DNA of 64,000 bases, taken from positions 32,001-96,000 of IMG/VR virus record IMGVR_UViG_3300026097_000008; one strand, 5' to 3'. The notes beneath the pieces are model-generated. The model was not told the origin of the DNA. It searched no databases and was given only the letters and a program-made list of their open reading frames with translations. The stretch is from a virus. The position numbers and the translations under genes were made by a program. Positions 28,739 to 37,725 of this stretch are shown here, piece by piece; within the stretch, counting starts at the first letter, position 1; every line of letters begins with the position of its first letter.

Positions 28739-30279
28739 TGCAGCACTTTTATGACGGACAAATAAGACGCTACATAACTCAGATTGTTCGTCTAATGAGC
28801 AACTTCAGTTATAAAGACGGCAAGGGTAATTTAACAGAAATACCTGTGATGTATGGTGATCTTACACGTCAGGTTGCAAATATTATACGTGAAAACTCTG
28901 AAAATAAGATTCCTAGTGCTCCTAGAATGGCTGTGTATGTCACAGGCATTGAGCAAGATCTCGCTCGCATGGCCGATTCAAGTTATGTTAATAAATTAAA
29001 CATTAGAGAACGTGCATATGATGCATCAGGTCAAGAATATCTTAACACAGAAGGTAAAAATTACACAGTAGAAAGATTAATGCCTACTCCTTATCAATTA
29101 AGTTTAAATGTAGACATATGGAGCAGCAACACAGATCAAAAATTACAGATACTTGAACAAATTTTAATGTTGTTTAACCCAAGTTTAGAAATTCAAACCA
29201 CTGACAACTACGTTGATTGGACAAGTTTAAGTGTGGTTAACCTTACCGGAACTACATTTAGTAGTAGGACTATACCTGCAGGTGTTGATAGTGAAATTGA
29301 TATTGCTACACTTAACTTTCAAACACCTATTTGGATAAGTCCTCCGGTCAAAGTTAAGAAACTGGGCGTAATTACAACAATTATACAAAGTATCTTTAAC
29401 GAAAGTGCAGGAACAATAGAAGTAGACCTGTCAAGGCCCACACTGCAAGCATATCAAGATAAAAATTATCCCGAAGCTGATGTGAGAACGGCACTTAGTA
29501 ATGATAAAACTGTCACTACTCCAGGTACTGATGTCAATAGCGTAGTATACACAACTCCAACAGATGGCATACAACAAATCGTAGACGATCCACAATCTGC
29601 AAAAACTGATGCAGATGTAGTTATTAGTACTAGTCATGATAATTATAACTTGCTTGTTCTAGAAGGAACAGCAAAACTTGTTAGGAAAGGTGTAGTAGGA
29701 GCAGAAACCTGGTTAGGGTATTTAAAATCTATGCCATTTGATTTCGAAGGTACAGGAACAATGAATGGTACTGAGCTAAGATTACTACGTACTGACTGGG
29801 ATACTGAAATTGTAGGATATGTTCAAGTTAATCCGACAGATCCGACTGAGCTAGTTGTCAATTGGGACGACGATACATTGCCTGCCGACACTGTTTTCCA
29901 TGGTCCTAACGGTGATCGTAATAAAATCGACTATATTATAGACCCTCAGCGTACCAACCCTGAAGGATTAAAGAGCCAAAACCCAAGAATATTGCTACTA
30001 GGTGATATAAACAACAGTGCAAGTGTAGGGGATAGCTTCTACGACGGACCAGATGCATGGAAAAACGCCGATGGTACAGACTTTGTAGCAAATGCTAATG
30101 ACATTGTTGAGTGGGACGGTAATAATTGGTCAATTGTATTCGATGCTAGCGAAGACGATAGTACTATTGTATACACTACTAACCTAAATACTGGTGTTCA
30201 ATACAAATATGACCAAGATGAATGGATACTTTCGTACGATGGTGAATATCCAGTTGGGACCTGGCGCTTAGAATTCTAA
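28738..30279 (+). CDS. gp15: Tail terminator / sheath stabiliser (T4 gp15-like) with C-terminal extension
   Basis: HFYDGQIRRY, IPVMYG, PRMA, MPTPYQL, QKLQILEQILMLFNP, LNFQTPIWISPP. Confidence 0.85.
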   Translation: MQHFYDGQIRRYITQIVRLMSNFSYKDGKGNLTEIPVMYGDLTRQVANIIRENSENKIPSAPRMAVYVTGIEQDLARMADSSYVNKLNIRERAYDASGQEYLNTEGKNYTVERLMPTPYQLSLNVDIWSSNTDQKLQILEQILMLFNPSLEIQTTDNYVDWTSLSVVNLTGTTFSSRTIPAGVDSEIDIATLNFQTPIWISPPVKVKKLGVITTIIQSIFNESAGTIEVDLSRPTLQAYQDKNYPEADVRTALSNDKTVTTPGTDVNSVVYTTPTDGIQQIVDDPQSAKTDADVVISTSHDNYNLLVLEGTAKLVRKGVVGAETWLGYLKSMPFDFEGTGTMNGTELRLLRTDWDTEIVGYVQVNPTDPTELVVNWDDDTLPADTVFHGPNGDRNKIDYIIDPQRTNPEGLKSQNPRILLLGDINNSASVGDSFYDGPDAWKNADGTDFVANANDIVEWDGNNWSIVFDASEDDSTIVYTTNLNTGVQYKYDQDEWILSYDGEYPVGTWRLEF

Positions 30280-30292
30280 TATAATTAATAGT

Positions 30293-30730
30293 ATGAGTGA
30301 AGAAACTATTGTATGTAGTGGTGCACTGGTCTATGCCCTTGATACTAGACGCTTTTTGTTCTTACATAGAGCACAAGGCAAGAGATCTAACCTATGGGGA
30401 CTAGTAGGAGGTACTAATGAAGGTGCTGAAACTCCGTGGGAAGGCTTACAACGTGAAATTTTTGAAGAAATTGGTGAAATTTCTATAAAAAAGACCATAC
30501 CATTAGAGACATTCGTGTCTAATGATAGTAAATTTCTATTTCATACCTACCTTTGTGTAGTTGATACAGAGTTTTTGCCTAAACTTAACATTGAACACAA
30601 CGGATATGCATGGACTGAGTTTAATAAGTGGCCAAAACCTTTACATCATGGATTAAAAAATACGCTATCTAATAAAATTAACCTTACAAAATTAGAAACA
30701 GTATTTAAAGTAATAGACCTGTTGGAGTAA
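30293..30730 (+). CDS. Nudix hydrolase
   Basis: Nudix box WGLVGGTNEGAETPWEGLQREIFEEIG; EHNGYAW. Confidence 0.85.
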   Translation: MSEETIVCSGALVYALDTRRFLFLHRAQGKRSNLWGLVGGTNEGAETPWEGLQREIFEEIGEISIKKTIPLETFVSNDSKFLFHTYLCVVDTEFLPKLNIEHNGYAWTEFNKWPKPLHHGLKNTLSNKINLTKLETVFKVIDLLE

Positions 30731-30732
30731 TA

Positions 30733-31092
30733 ATGAAAGATAACACAGTTATTGAAAATGATTGGGGCAAAGAAATTATTTGGGCAAATTACAGTACTCA
30801 TGGTTGTAAAATTATGCTCTTTGAAAAACAAGGAGGCAAAACTCCGTTCTATTTTAATAAAACAATGGAAAAAACATGGTTTATTAATCACGGTGTATTT
30901 GTTATAAGATGGGTAGATACAGATGACGGTAAAATGTATCAACAAGAACTAAAAGAAGGTTCGGTCTTTCACGTAGAAACATTAAAACCCTGTTCTATTG
31001 AATGTACAAGCATAAACGGAAGTATTACTGAATCTAATAGTGGCATTGTAGAGAATGATGTGTATATAACTTTAGATAGGACACACTTTTGA
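30733..31092 (+). CDS. Cupin-fold protein (sugar isomerase-like, metal His residues degenerate)
   Basis: WGKEIIWAN...CKIMLFE...EKTWFI...LKEGSVFHV. Confidence 0.6.
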   Translation: MKDNTVIENDWGKEIIWANYSTHGCKIMLFEKQGGKTPFYFNKTMEKTWFINHGVFVIRWVDTDDGKMYQQELKEGSVFHVETLKPCSIECTSINGSITESNSGIVENDVYITLDRTHF

Positions 31093-31343
31093 TGTTAAAA
31101 ATTAGCCAAAGTCGACAATTTAAAAAAGATATAAAGAAATTTAAGCAAGGTGCAAAGAAAATAACAAATCCATTCTTGCAAAAAGAGTATGATGAGCTAC
31201 TAATAAGGTTTATTGATCAATGTAATATTATAGATAACGCCCATAGCTCGGAATATAATGGAAATATAGATCCAAGAACCATAAGAGATAATGTTATGGA
31301 AATGTCTTTTTTACGAGAAAAATTAAATAGCTTATTAAATTAA
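31092..31343 (+). CDS. Hypothetical protein
   Basis: TGATG overlap with the cupin gene. Confidence 0.6.
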   Translation: MLKISQSRQFKKDIKKFKQGAKKITNPFLQKEYDELLIRFIDQCNIIDNAHSSEYNGNIDPRTIRDNVMEMSFLREKLNSLLN

Positions 31344-33122
31344 GCTTAATCTTTTAACCACGATAGCTCCTACCATAGGAGCATGTGCTGTACACACATA
31401 TCTGTAAGTGCCGCTAAAGGATTCTGGAATTCTCCAATACAGATGTCCTCTGTCAGGATCATGGCTTGCACCGTCTACAACTTGTTCTGTCACATTTCCA
31501 TTATCGCTTACATGAAAAACTCCAGTTGGCAACGGATTGCCTACTGAATCTTGAATTTCTGTAGGATGGCCTGCTGCTTGAGATAAATCAAAACAAATAG
31601 TTGTACCAGATATTGCATATATTGTTGGATTTTGGCCTGAATAATGACTATTGAACTCGTATGCTGTAAATCCTACTGCTGTTGTTCTCAAAGTGACAAT
31701 TGCATGTTCAAATTGACTGTCTATTGTTAATCCTGCTGAATTTGCATCTGTCAAATCTCTAAATCTTTCTGCGCCAGCAACTATATTACTAGAAATAGTG
31801 ATAGTATCTGTCGAAGCGTCTGTTAACATACTAATACCATTACCTGGAACAAAAGTTAATGTATCTGTTGTTGTATCAGCTGATATAGTTGTTTGTGAAG
31901 GAACAGTGTTTACAGCAATATTACTAAATGCATTTTGATTAGCATCTCCGCCACCGCCTCCTGTGGCAGGATCTGCTGGAACCCAATTTGATCCATTCCA
32001 TGCTAAAACTTGATCTGCGGCGGGTGATGCAGTAGTTGTATCTACATCACTTAAAGCATCTATACTAATAGAATTAAGGTCCGAAGCGGTGACTGTATAA
32101 TCCGTTATGTAATTTTGTAAATCACTTATTTGGCTTTCTGTTATAGATAATGCTGATTGATGCTGTATCACACTAGACTGGGTTATATTTGCATCTGGTA
32201 CATTCGCCCAAACCACTGCGGCAGTAAGATCATTAGCTTCTGTTGTTAATGCTCCTATACCTGTAGCAGTAGGCGGGGTAAATTTAAACTCTCCTGTGCT
32301 GTCGTTGTATGATATAGCACCGTTTCCGCTAGGAGTATTTTCAACTCCTATGCTAAAGCTATCAAGAGCAACAACTGAAGGAGTGTTTGATAGGTTGTTG
32401 TAATCTAGATAATATGCACTATCAAACCCGTCAAGTGTATCTGCATCTGTGCCTGCGCCGCCTGTCGTAGCATCAGCACCCGGCGCCCAATTTGATCCAT
32501 TCCATTTTAGAACCTGCCCTGTAGTAGGAGAACTGCTTGTTGTGTCAACGTCTGATAAAAAATCTATAGAGAAAGGTGATAAATTTATAGTGACTTCATC
32601 AGTATCAGTAGCAATACTAGTAGATATATTTGTTCCACCTGAAATAGTTAGAATATCAGTAGCACTGTCTGCAGAAGTTACGCCCTGATCAGCTGTAATA
32701 GTTGCAAATGTATCCTGTGTAGATCCTGTTGCATTTATTGTTAGAGTATTATCAACAATACTAGTAGTGACATTATTGCCACCTGCAACAATTAGAGTAT
32801 CATTAGTTGTTTGTGCTGTCCTTGATCCATTGTCTGCTGAAAAAGTTGAAAATAAATTTTGTGAGCCGCCGCCGGCTTGACCATTAATTGTTAGAATATC
32901 GCCTACTATTTCTGTTGTAATATTATTGCCACCTGCAATAGTTAAACTATCAGCTGCAACATCGGCTACAGTAAACCCAGTATCAGCATTAAATCTTGTA
33001 AAAACATTTACTCCTGCAACAGATTGACTAATATTCCATGCAGATCCGTCCCACTGCCATGTAGTTGTACCGTCTGTAAAAGTATCTCCTATAGTAGGAC
33101 TAGCTGGAAAATTTAATGCCAT
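31335..33122 (-). CDS. Fibre-like structural protein with internal repeats and C-terminal cupredoxin-like domain
   Basis: MALNFPASPTIGD..WQWDGSAW; four F-x-T-x-x-AD-x-G...DTL repeats; two LSDVDTT..QVL.WNGSNW repeats; GHPTEI...YRYVCTAHAPMVG; late motif at 33138-33145. Confidence 0.7.
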   Translation of the reverse strand: MALNFPASPTIGDTFTDGTTTWQWDGSAWNISQSVAGVNVFTRFNADTGFTVADVAADSLTIAGGNNITTEIVGDILTINGQAGGGSQNLFSTFSADNGSRTAQTTNDTLIVAGGNNVTTSIVDNTLTINATGSTQDTFATITADQGVTSADSATDILTISGGTNISTSIATDTDEVTINLSPFSIDFLSDVDTTSSSPTTGQVLKWNGSNWAPGADATTGGAGTDADTLDGFDSAYYLDYNNLSNTPSVVALDSFSIGVENTPSGNGAISYNDSTGEFKFTPPTATGIGALTTEANDLTAAVVWANVPDANITQSSVIQHQSALSITESQISDLQNYITDYTVTASDLNSISIDALSDVDTTTASPAADQVLAWNGSNWVPADPATGGGGGDANQNAFSNIAVNTVPSQTTISADTTTDTLTFVPGNGISMLTDASTDTITISSNIVAGAERFRDLTDANSAGLTIDSQFEHAIVTLRTTAVGFTAYEFNSHYSGQNPTIYAISGTTICFDLSQAAGHPTEIQDSVGNPLPTGVFHVSDNGNVTEQVVDGASHDPDRGHLYWRIPESFSGTYRYVCTAHAPMVGAIVVKRLSLI

Positions 33123-33140
33123 TATAACCTCTCTTTGTAT

Positions 33141-34712
33141 TTACCGTAATCTCAAGTTTATATTTTTTAGTTGACTTGATCCTTGTGTTTGCACAGGTTG
33201 ATCACCATACTTTGAAAATAAAAATTTATTTGGTGCGCCTAATAAGCTTGTTCCGAAAACAGCGTAATCATTATCTAATCCGGTTGTGAACATAGTAGAC
33301 TTTGCATCACTTGTGACACGGTTTTTAATCTGTGTAGGTGTAAAATTTGGATTGACTTGCAAATGTTGTGCTATTACGCCTGCTGCTTGCGGAGCTGCCA
33401 TACTTGTTCCATTAATCATTGCAATTTTAAAATTTGTATCTTGTGGATAATCAATAGTAGAATAAATGCTACTGGTGCTGCATGTGCTTATAATATTAGT
33501 ACCCGGTGCAAATAAGTCTAGTCTAGGACCTCTACTAGTAGAATTTGCTGTTTTATCTTTATACTCACTTCCGTCTAGCTGAGTATCGTCGTCACTGTTG
33601 CCAACAATAAAAGCATCTGAACTGTATGGGCTACTGCCTCTATGATAAAAGTATGTTTGAGCACCGTAAACAACAGTATTATCATAATCGTCGCCGCCAG
33701 GATTATCACCTTTAAATAAGTCATTACCTGCCGCTATACAAACATGTATTCCTGCAGCAATCATATCATCTACTTCTGCATCAACACTTGCAACTCTTGC
33801 AGGTATAAATCTCGAAACACCATCTTGGGGGATTACTAGTCCCGTTGCCTGCCATAATGCAATATCATTTGCATAAGTCACGCCATAAGTCCAATTTGAT
33901 CCTCTATAGGTGCCGCCTGTAGGATCATCTGATCTAACACTTGCAAACCCCCAGCTCATATTTACAACTGTAGGTCTACCATTTGTTTTATTCAAATGCC
34001 AGAGCCTTATTGCATCAAATGCATCCGCAGTCGGTATGCCAGATCCACTATCGCCTGTGCCTTCAAGTCCTGCTAATTTTTGACCATATATATGTGCCCC
34101 TTTAGCCCACCCATATGTAAGTCCTGCTGCAATGCCTGCACAATGCGTCCCGTGGCCATCTGTATCTCTGTCATGATTAATACTTTGGCCGCCTATTAGT
34201 CCACTTGCGCTATACCAATCTATAAGTCTAACTCGTGTATTTCCGTTATAATCATTAAAATCAGGATGATCTACCTGTAAACCACTATCCTGAACTACTA
34301 TATCAACCCCTGTGCCGTCGAGAGCATATGGATATACGCCGCTAGCAACAAGACTATTTCGGTAGATATTAGTTTCTTCTATACAACGTCGTAGACCCCA
34401 ATTTACTTGCTGAGAATTAAGCACAGTAGGCTTGTTAAAATTTGCGTTTTGAAAGGCTCTCTTGCCTATTACAATGTCTGTTCTTTGGTCTACAGGAATT
34501 TCTACACTTAACACTCTGGGATCGTTTTGTAAATCTACAGCTTCTTGATCAGTTAGCATCCAATGTGTCATACGCTTCGAGCCAATTCTAGGATTAGCTA
34601 TATCAACAGTTCGATTAGGGATAGGACCACTACCTGATGAGGCTGACAATTCTGCATCAAACTCTTCTAAGTCTATTCCTTTGTGAACTACTACAACGTA
34701 CTCTTTTTCCAT
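33141..34712 (-). CDS. Subtilisin-like S8 serine protease
   Basis: Triad motifs DIVVQDSG, HGTHCAG, GTSMAAP; oxyanion AAGN; start MEKEY at 34712 (TAATG overlap). Confidence 0.9.
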   Translation of the reverse strand: MEKEYVVVVHKGIDLEEFDAELSASSGSGPIPNRTVDIANPRIGSKRMTHWMLTDQEAVDLQNDPRVLSVEIPVDQRTDIVIGKRAFQNANFNKPTVLNSQQVNWGLRRCIEETNIYRNSLVASGVYPYALDGTGVDIVVQDSGLQVDHPDFNDYNGNTRVRLIDWYSASGLIGGQSINHDRDTDGHGTHCAGIAAGLTYGWAKGAHIYGQKLAGLEGTGDSGSGIPTADAFDAIRLWHLNKTNGRPTVVNMSWGFASVRSDDPTGGTYRGSNWTYGVTYANDIALWQATGLVIPQDGVSRFIPARVASVDAEVDDMIAAGIHVCIAAGNDLFKGDNPGGDDYDNTVVYGAQTYFYHRGSSPYSSDAFIVGNSDDDTQLDGSEYKDKTANSTSRGPRLDLFAPGTNIISTCSTSSIYSTIDYPQDTNFKIAMINGTSMAAPQAAGVIAQHLQVNPNFTPTQIKNRVTSDAKSTMFTTGLDNDYAVFGTSLLGAPNKFLFSKYGDQPVQTQGSSQLKNINLRLR

Positions 34713-35941
34713 TAGACTAAGCTCGCCCATGCTCCGTTTTCGTAAACTTGTGCTTTGTTTAAAGTGCTATCATAAACCATATCGCCGTTTATCGCTGCAA
34801 GTGCATTTTTTTCTGTAGTTGTAAAGCTAGGCAATCTCAACGGACCGTTTTGGACAATCACACCGTCTGGTGCAGAGAGTGTTAATGTGCTTGCGCTTTG
34901 TATTTCCGGTAATCCAATTCCATTTGAAACAAAATTTGTAGCGTATGCATTATTATCTACAGTAAGATCATTTTCTACTGTTAAATCACTGTTCATCGTC
35001 ACATTTGGAATTATAGATATTCCGCTACTGTCGTCAGTTGTAATTGTTGATGTATTAAATGTAAAATTTCCTACGCTTCCAGATCCGCCGCTAGCATTTG
35101 TAAAGGAAAAATTTCCTGAACCATCTGTTGTTAAAACCTGTCCTGATGTACCATCACTTATGCCTAGGTCTAACAAACTTGTAGGCACAGGGGAACTTGG
35201 TTGCACCCATTGTCCGCTGTCGTCGTCTACCACATATATGTATAATCTCCCATTTGCACTATTATACCATATATTGCCTGCCTCTGGCGAGCTAGGTGCA
35301 GAGTCACTAATGTCAGTACTAGCTCCGCCGGATCCGGATCCAGGATCAGCGGTAGTAATAGTATTTCCCATGTCTAGATGATTTTGGCACCAATAATATA
35401 GTGTAGTCGGTGTCTGGTCTGTGATTGTAATTGCAACACTACGTTGCTCTGCTCTTTCGAACCCGTCCCAGTATCCTTGCTTGGTCACTACTTTATTATC
35501 TAGTTTATATACTACTCTATCAGTGTAAACAGTACCGCCACCAAGTTCCCCGTTAACATTATCTGAACTAAAATTTAAAGGATGTTGATTATTTGTAGTA
35601 CCAACGGCATTAGGATACCATACATTAGTTGAATCATTTTGATTAAAAATGTAGGTATAACCTATAACAAAACTTAGTGCTGGATTGTTTTCATCATTTA
35701 GGATGTATTTGTTGCCGGCACCGGTATCATTAATTACAACATTATAAGTTTTGGTTGCTATACCCGATAGGCTATTATTAGTAAGAACTTCAAAACCGCC
35801 AGCTAACTTACCACTATAAAGTCTTAAACTACTTGTTTCTGAATCAAAGAATACTTCACCACTAGATCCAACATTTCTATCAAGAAAATCATTTGGTCTT
35901 GGAATTATTCTTATTCTATCTACTATAGGTGCTGATGACAT
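34712..35941 (-). CDS. Fibre-like structural protein with cupredoxin-like domain
   Basis: QHPLNF...LYYWCQNHLDMG; DGTSGQVLTTDGSGNFSF; C-terminal GDMVYDSTLNKAQVYENGAW; start MSSAP at 35941 with SD GAGG, late motif at 35968-35975. Confidence 0.7.
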   Translation of the reverse strand: MSSAPIVDRIRIIPRPNDFLDRNVGSSGEVFFDSETSSLRLYSGKLAGGFEVLTNNSLSGIATKTYNVVINDTGAGNKYILNDENNPALSFVIGYTYIFNQNDSTNVWYPNAVGTTNNQHPLNFSSDNVNGELGGGTVYTDRVVYKLDNKVVTKQGYWDGFERAEQRSVAITITDQTPTTLYYWCQNHLDMGNTITTADPGSGSGGASTDISDSAPSSPEAGNIWYNSANGRLYIYVVDDDSGQWVQPSSPVPTSLLDLGISDGTSGQVLTTDGSGNFSFTNASGGSGSVGNFTFNTSTITTDDSSGISIIPNVTMNSDLTVENDLTVDNNAYATNFVSNGIGLPEIQSASTLTLSAPDGVIVQNGPLRLPSFTTTEKNALAAINGDMVYDSTLNKAQVYENGAWASLV

Positions 35942-36008
35942 CTTTATCCTCATTTATATTGCTACTGTATTTATTCAATGCTATAGCATTATATTTTTGA
36001 GATAAATC

Positions 36009-36419
36009 TTAAAAGAGTAATGTTTTGTCTGATATCTCTTGAATTTTATCGTTTTTTAACACAAATTTAGTTATGTCATCTAGATGAATATGATAAGGAG
36101 TATTATCTGGAACACTAACAAATGGAACATGGTGATATGTTTGCACTGTTTCGCCTAACCAGTCCTCTTCTATAACTGGAATTTTCATAACATCTTCGTT
36201 GAATCCTTTTGTAGTTCCAATTACAAATTTTTCTTTCCCGTCATCTTCGTCTATATAAAAAATTATTACTTCGTTTTCTTTTAACAAAGCACGTATCCAG
36301 TTTCTTAATGTTTCACGATCTTTTTGGCTTTTGTAAAGGGCTGTGGCGTCGCCTTCTTTAACTTTTCTTTTCTTCACTGTATAGGTCACAAGCTCATGTG
36401 TCCGTAATTCTTCAATCAT
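36009..36419 (-). CDS. Hypothetical protein
   Basis: 136-aa ORF; SD GGAGG in the end of the upstream gene. Confidence 0.7.
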   Translation of the reverse strand: MIEELRTHELVTYTVKKRKVKEGDATALYKSQKDRETLRNWIRALLKENEVIIFYIDEDDGKEKFVIGTTKGFNEDVMKIPVIEEDWLGETVQTYHHVPFVSVPDNTPYHIHLDDITKFVLKNDKIQEISDKTLLF

Positions 36420-36421
36420 GC

Positions 36422-37156
36422 TTATCCTCCAAAATGTTTGTAATACAAATCTTGTATTATATTTCTTTTAAACGTAAAATTTGCACTTCTAAAATATTTC
36501 TTTTTGTCTAACCAAAATTTGTCTAAACTATTCATTTCTCTGCATACTATATCATAATCTTTTTCAGATAATGGAATTATATGAGCCAATGGTGTGCCTG
36601 CTTTAATCAACACGTCGCCTTTTTGAACATTGTAATATAATTGAATATTTATTTCATTACTATACCCAGGATTGAGAATACCGATAGAACTTTCAAATTC
36701 AAAATTATCTGGATATGCAATAGGCAACATTAATAATTTTACACCTCTAGGTGCAACAACGTGCCATGGTGTATTTATTTTTACAAATGTATTAAGACTC
36801 CACGGCTTAATAGGCATTTCTGTGCCGACTCCGTTAGATTGATTTTCTACAATGTTAACTTCCGGTGTCAAACTGGCGAGATCTGACGAAGGCACAGTCC
36901 ATGTAAACTCGTCTGGATTGCCGTTGGTGCTTATAATAACATCATGCCACATTGGCACAACAAATCCGTGCTTAAATAAATCGAATATACCAGGACACTG
37001 ATATATATGACTCATTGACCCTAAAGTTCTATTCTTTTTCTTTACATAGGAATCTCTAGCTATTTTTGTCCAAGCTGGCATCGCATCCTTTGCTTTTACA
37101 ATAGGATATAAATCTGGAAGTCCCGGAACAGTCGAATAAAATTCTATTTTTTTCAT
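36422..37156 (-). CDS. dUTPase-like beta-fold protein (DUF6065-like) of phage oxygenase clusters
   Basis: CPGIFD...GFVVPMW, KINTPW, IKAGTPLAHIIP. Confidence 0.5.
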   Translation of the reverse strand: MKKIEFYSTVPGLPDLYPIVKAKDAMPAWTKIARDSYVKKKNRTLGSMSHIYQCPGIFDLFKHGFVVPMWHDVIISTNGNPDEFTWTVPSSDLASLTPEVNIVENQSNGVGTEMPIKPWSLNTFVKINTPWHVVAPRGVKLLMLPIAYPDNFEFESSIGILNPGYSNEINIQLYYNVQKGDVLIKAGTPLAHIIPLSEKDYDIVCREMNSLDKFWLDKKKYFRSANFTFKRNIIQDLYYKHFGG

Positions 37157-37725
37157 ATTATCACATCATACGCTATATTAATTCGTTCTATATCTGAATT
37201 GTTGTATTCAACTTCGTGTGGTAGCCAAGAAGGCCATAAAACAAGATCTCTATCTTGTGGCAAATAATTGAAATCTCTAGTGTACGGCGAAGCATTACAA
37301 CAGTCCCCTAAAATATTAGCAGGATTGATTATACGTAAAGATCCTGTACCAGTACCTTGGATATAGTATACTCCTGAAAAAATTGCAGATTTGTGTGAAT
37401 GCATTGCATTCCTTGATTGGGGTTGATTGATGTTTGTCCAATAGTTTATTTTTAAATTATGTTTGCCTAAAGTTTCCATCTCTTGTGCAAAGAAATGATC
37501 TTTTTCGCTGTATAACTCAATAGCACGAAAGCATTTATCAGTAATTGCTTTGAGAAGCCAATCTACGTTTTTATACACATGTCCTGATCTCCAACAGCCG
37601 TCATTGCTCCTTGGTGCGCCTGGTTCGTGTCTGATTTCAGAAATTTGTTTTAGTAAGTCTTTAATTTCGTTGTCAGTTCCGATATTAGGTGTTGCATCTA
37701 AATGAGCTTCAAATAACGAAATCAT
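37153..37725 (-). CDS. 2OG-Fe(II) oxygenase (TIGR02466-like)
   Basis: WTNIN, HSH, SGVYY, LWPSWLPHEV, ERINIAYD; start ATG 37725 (ATGA overlap). Confidence 0.85.
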   Translation of the reverse strand: MISLFEAHLDATPNIGTDNEIKDLLKQISEIRHEPGAPRSNDGCWRSGHVYKNVDWLLKAITDKCFRAIELYSEKDHFFAQEMETLGKHNLKINYWTNINQPQSRNAMHSHKSAIFSGVYYIQGTGTGSLRIINPANILGDCCNASPYTRDFNYLPQDRDLVLWPSWLPHEVEYNNSDIERINIAYDVII

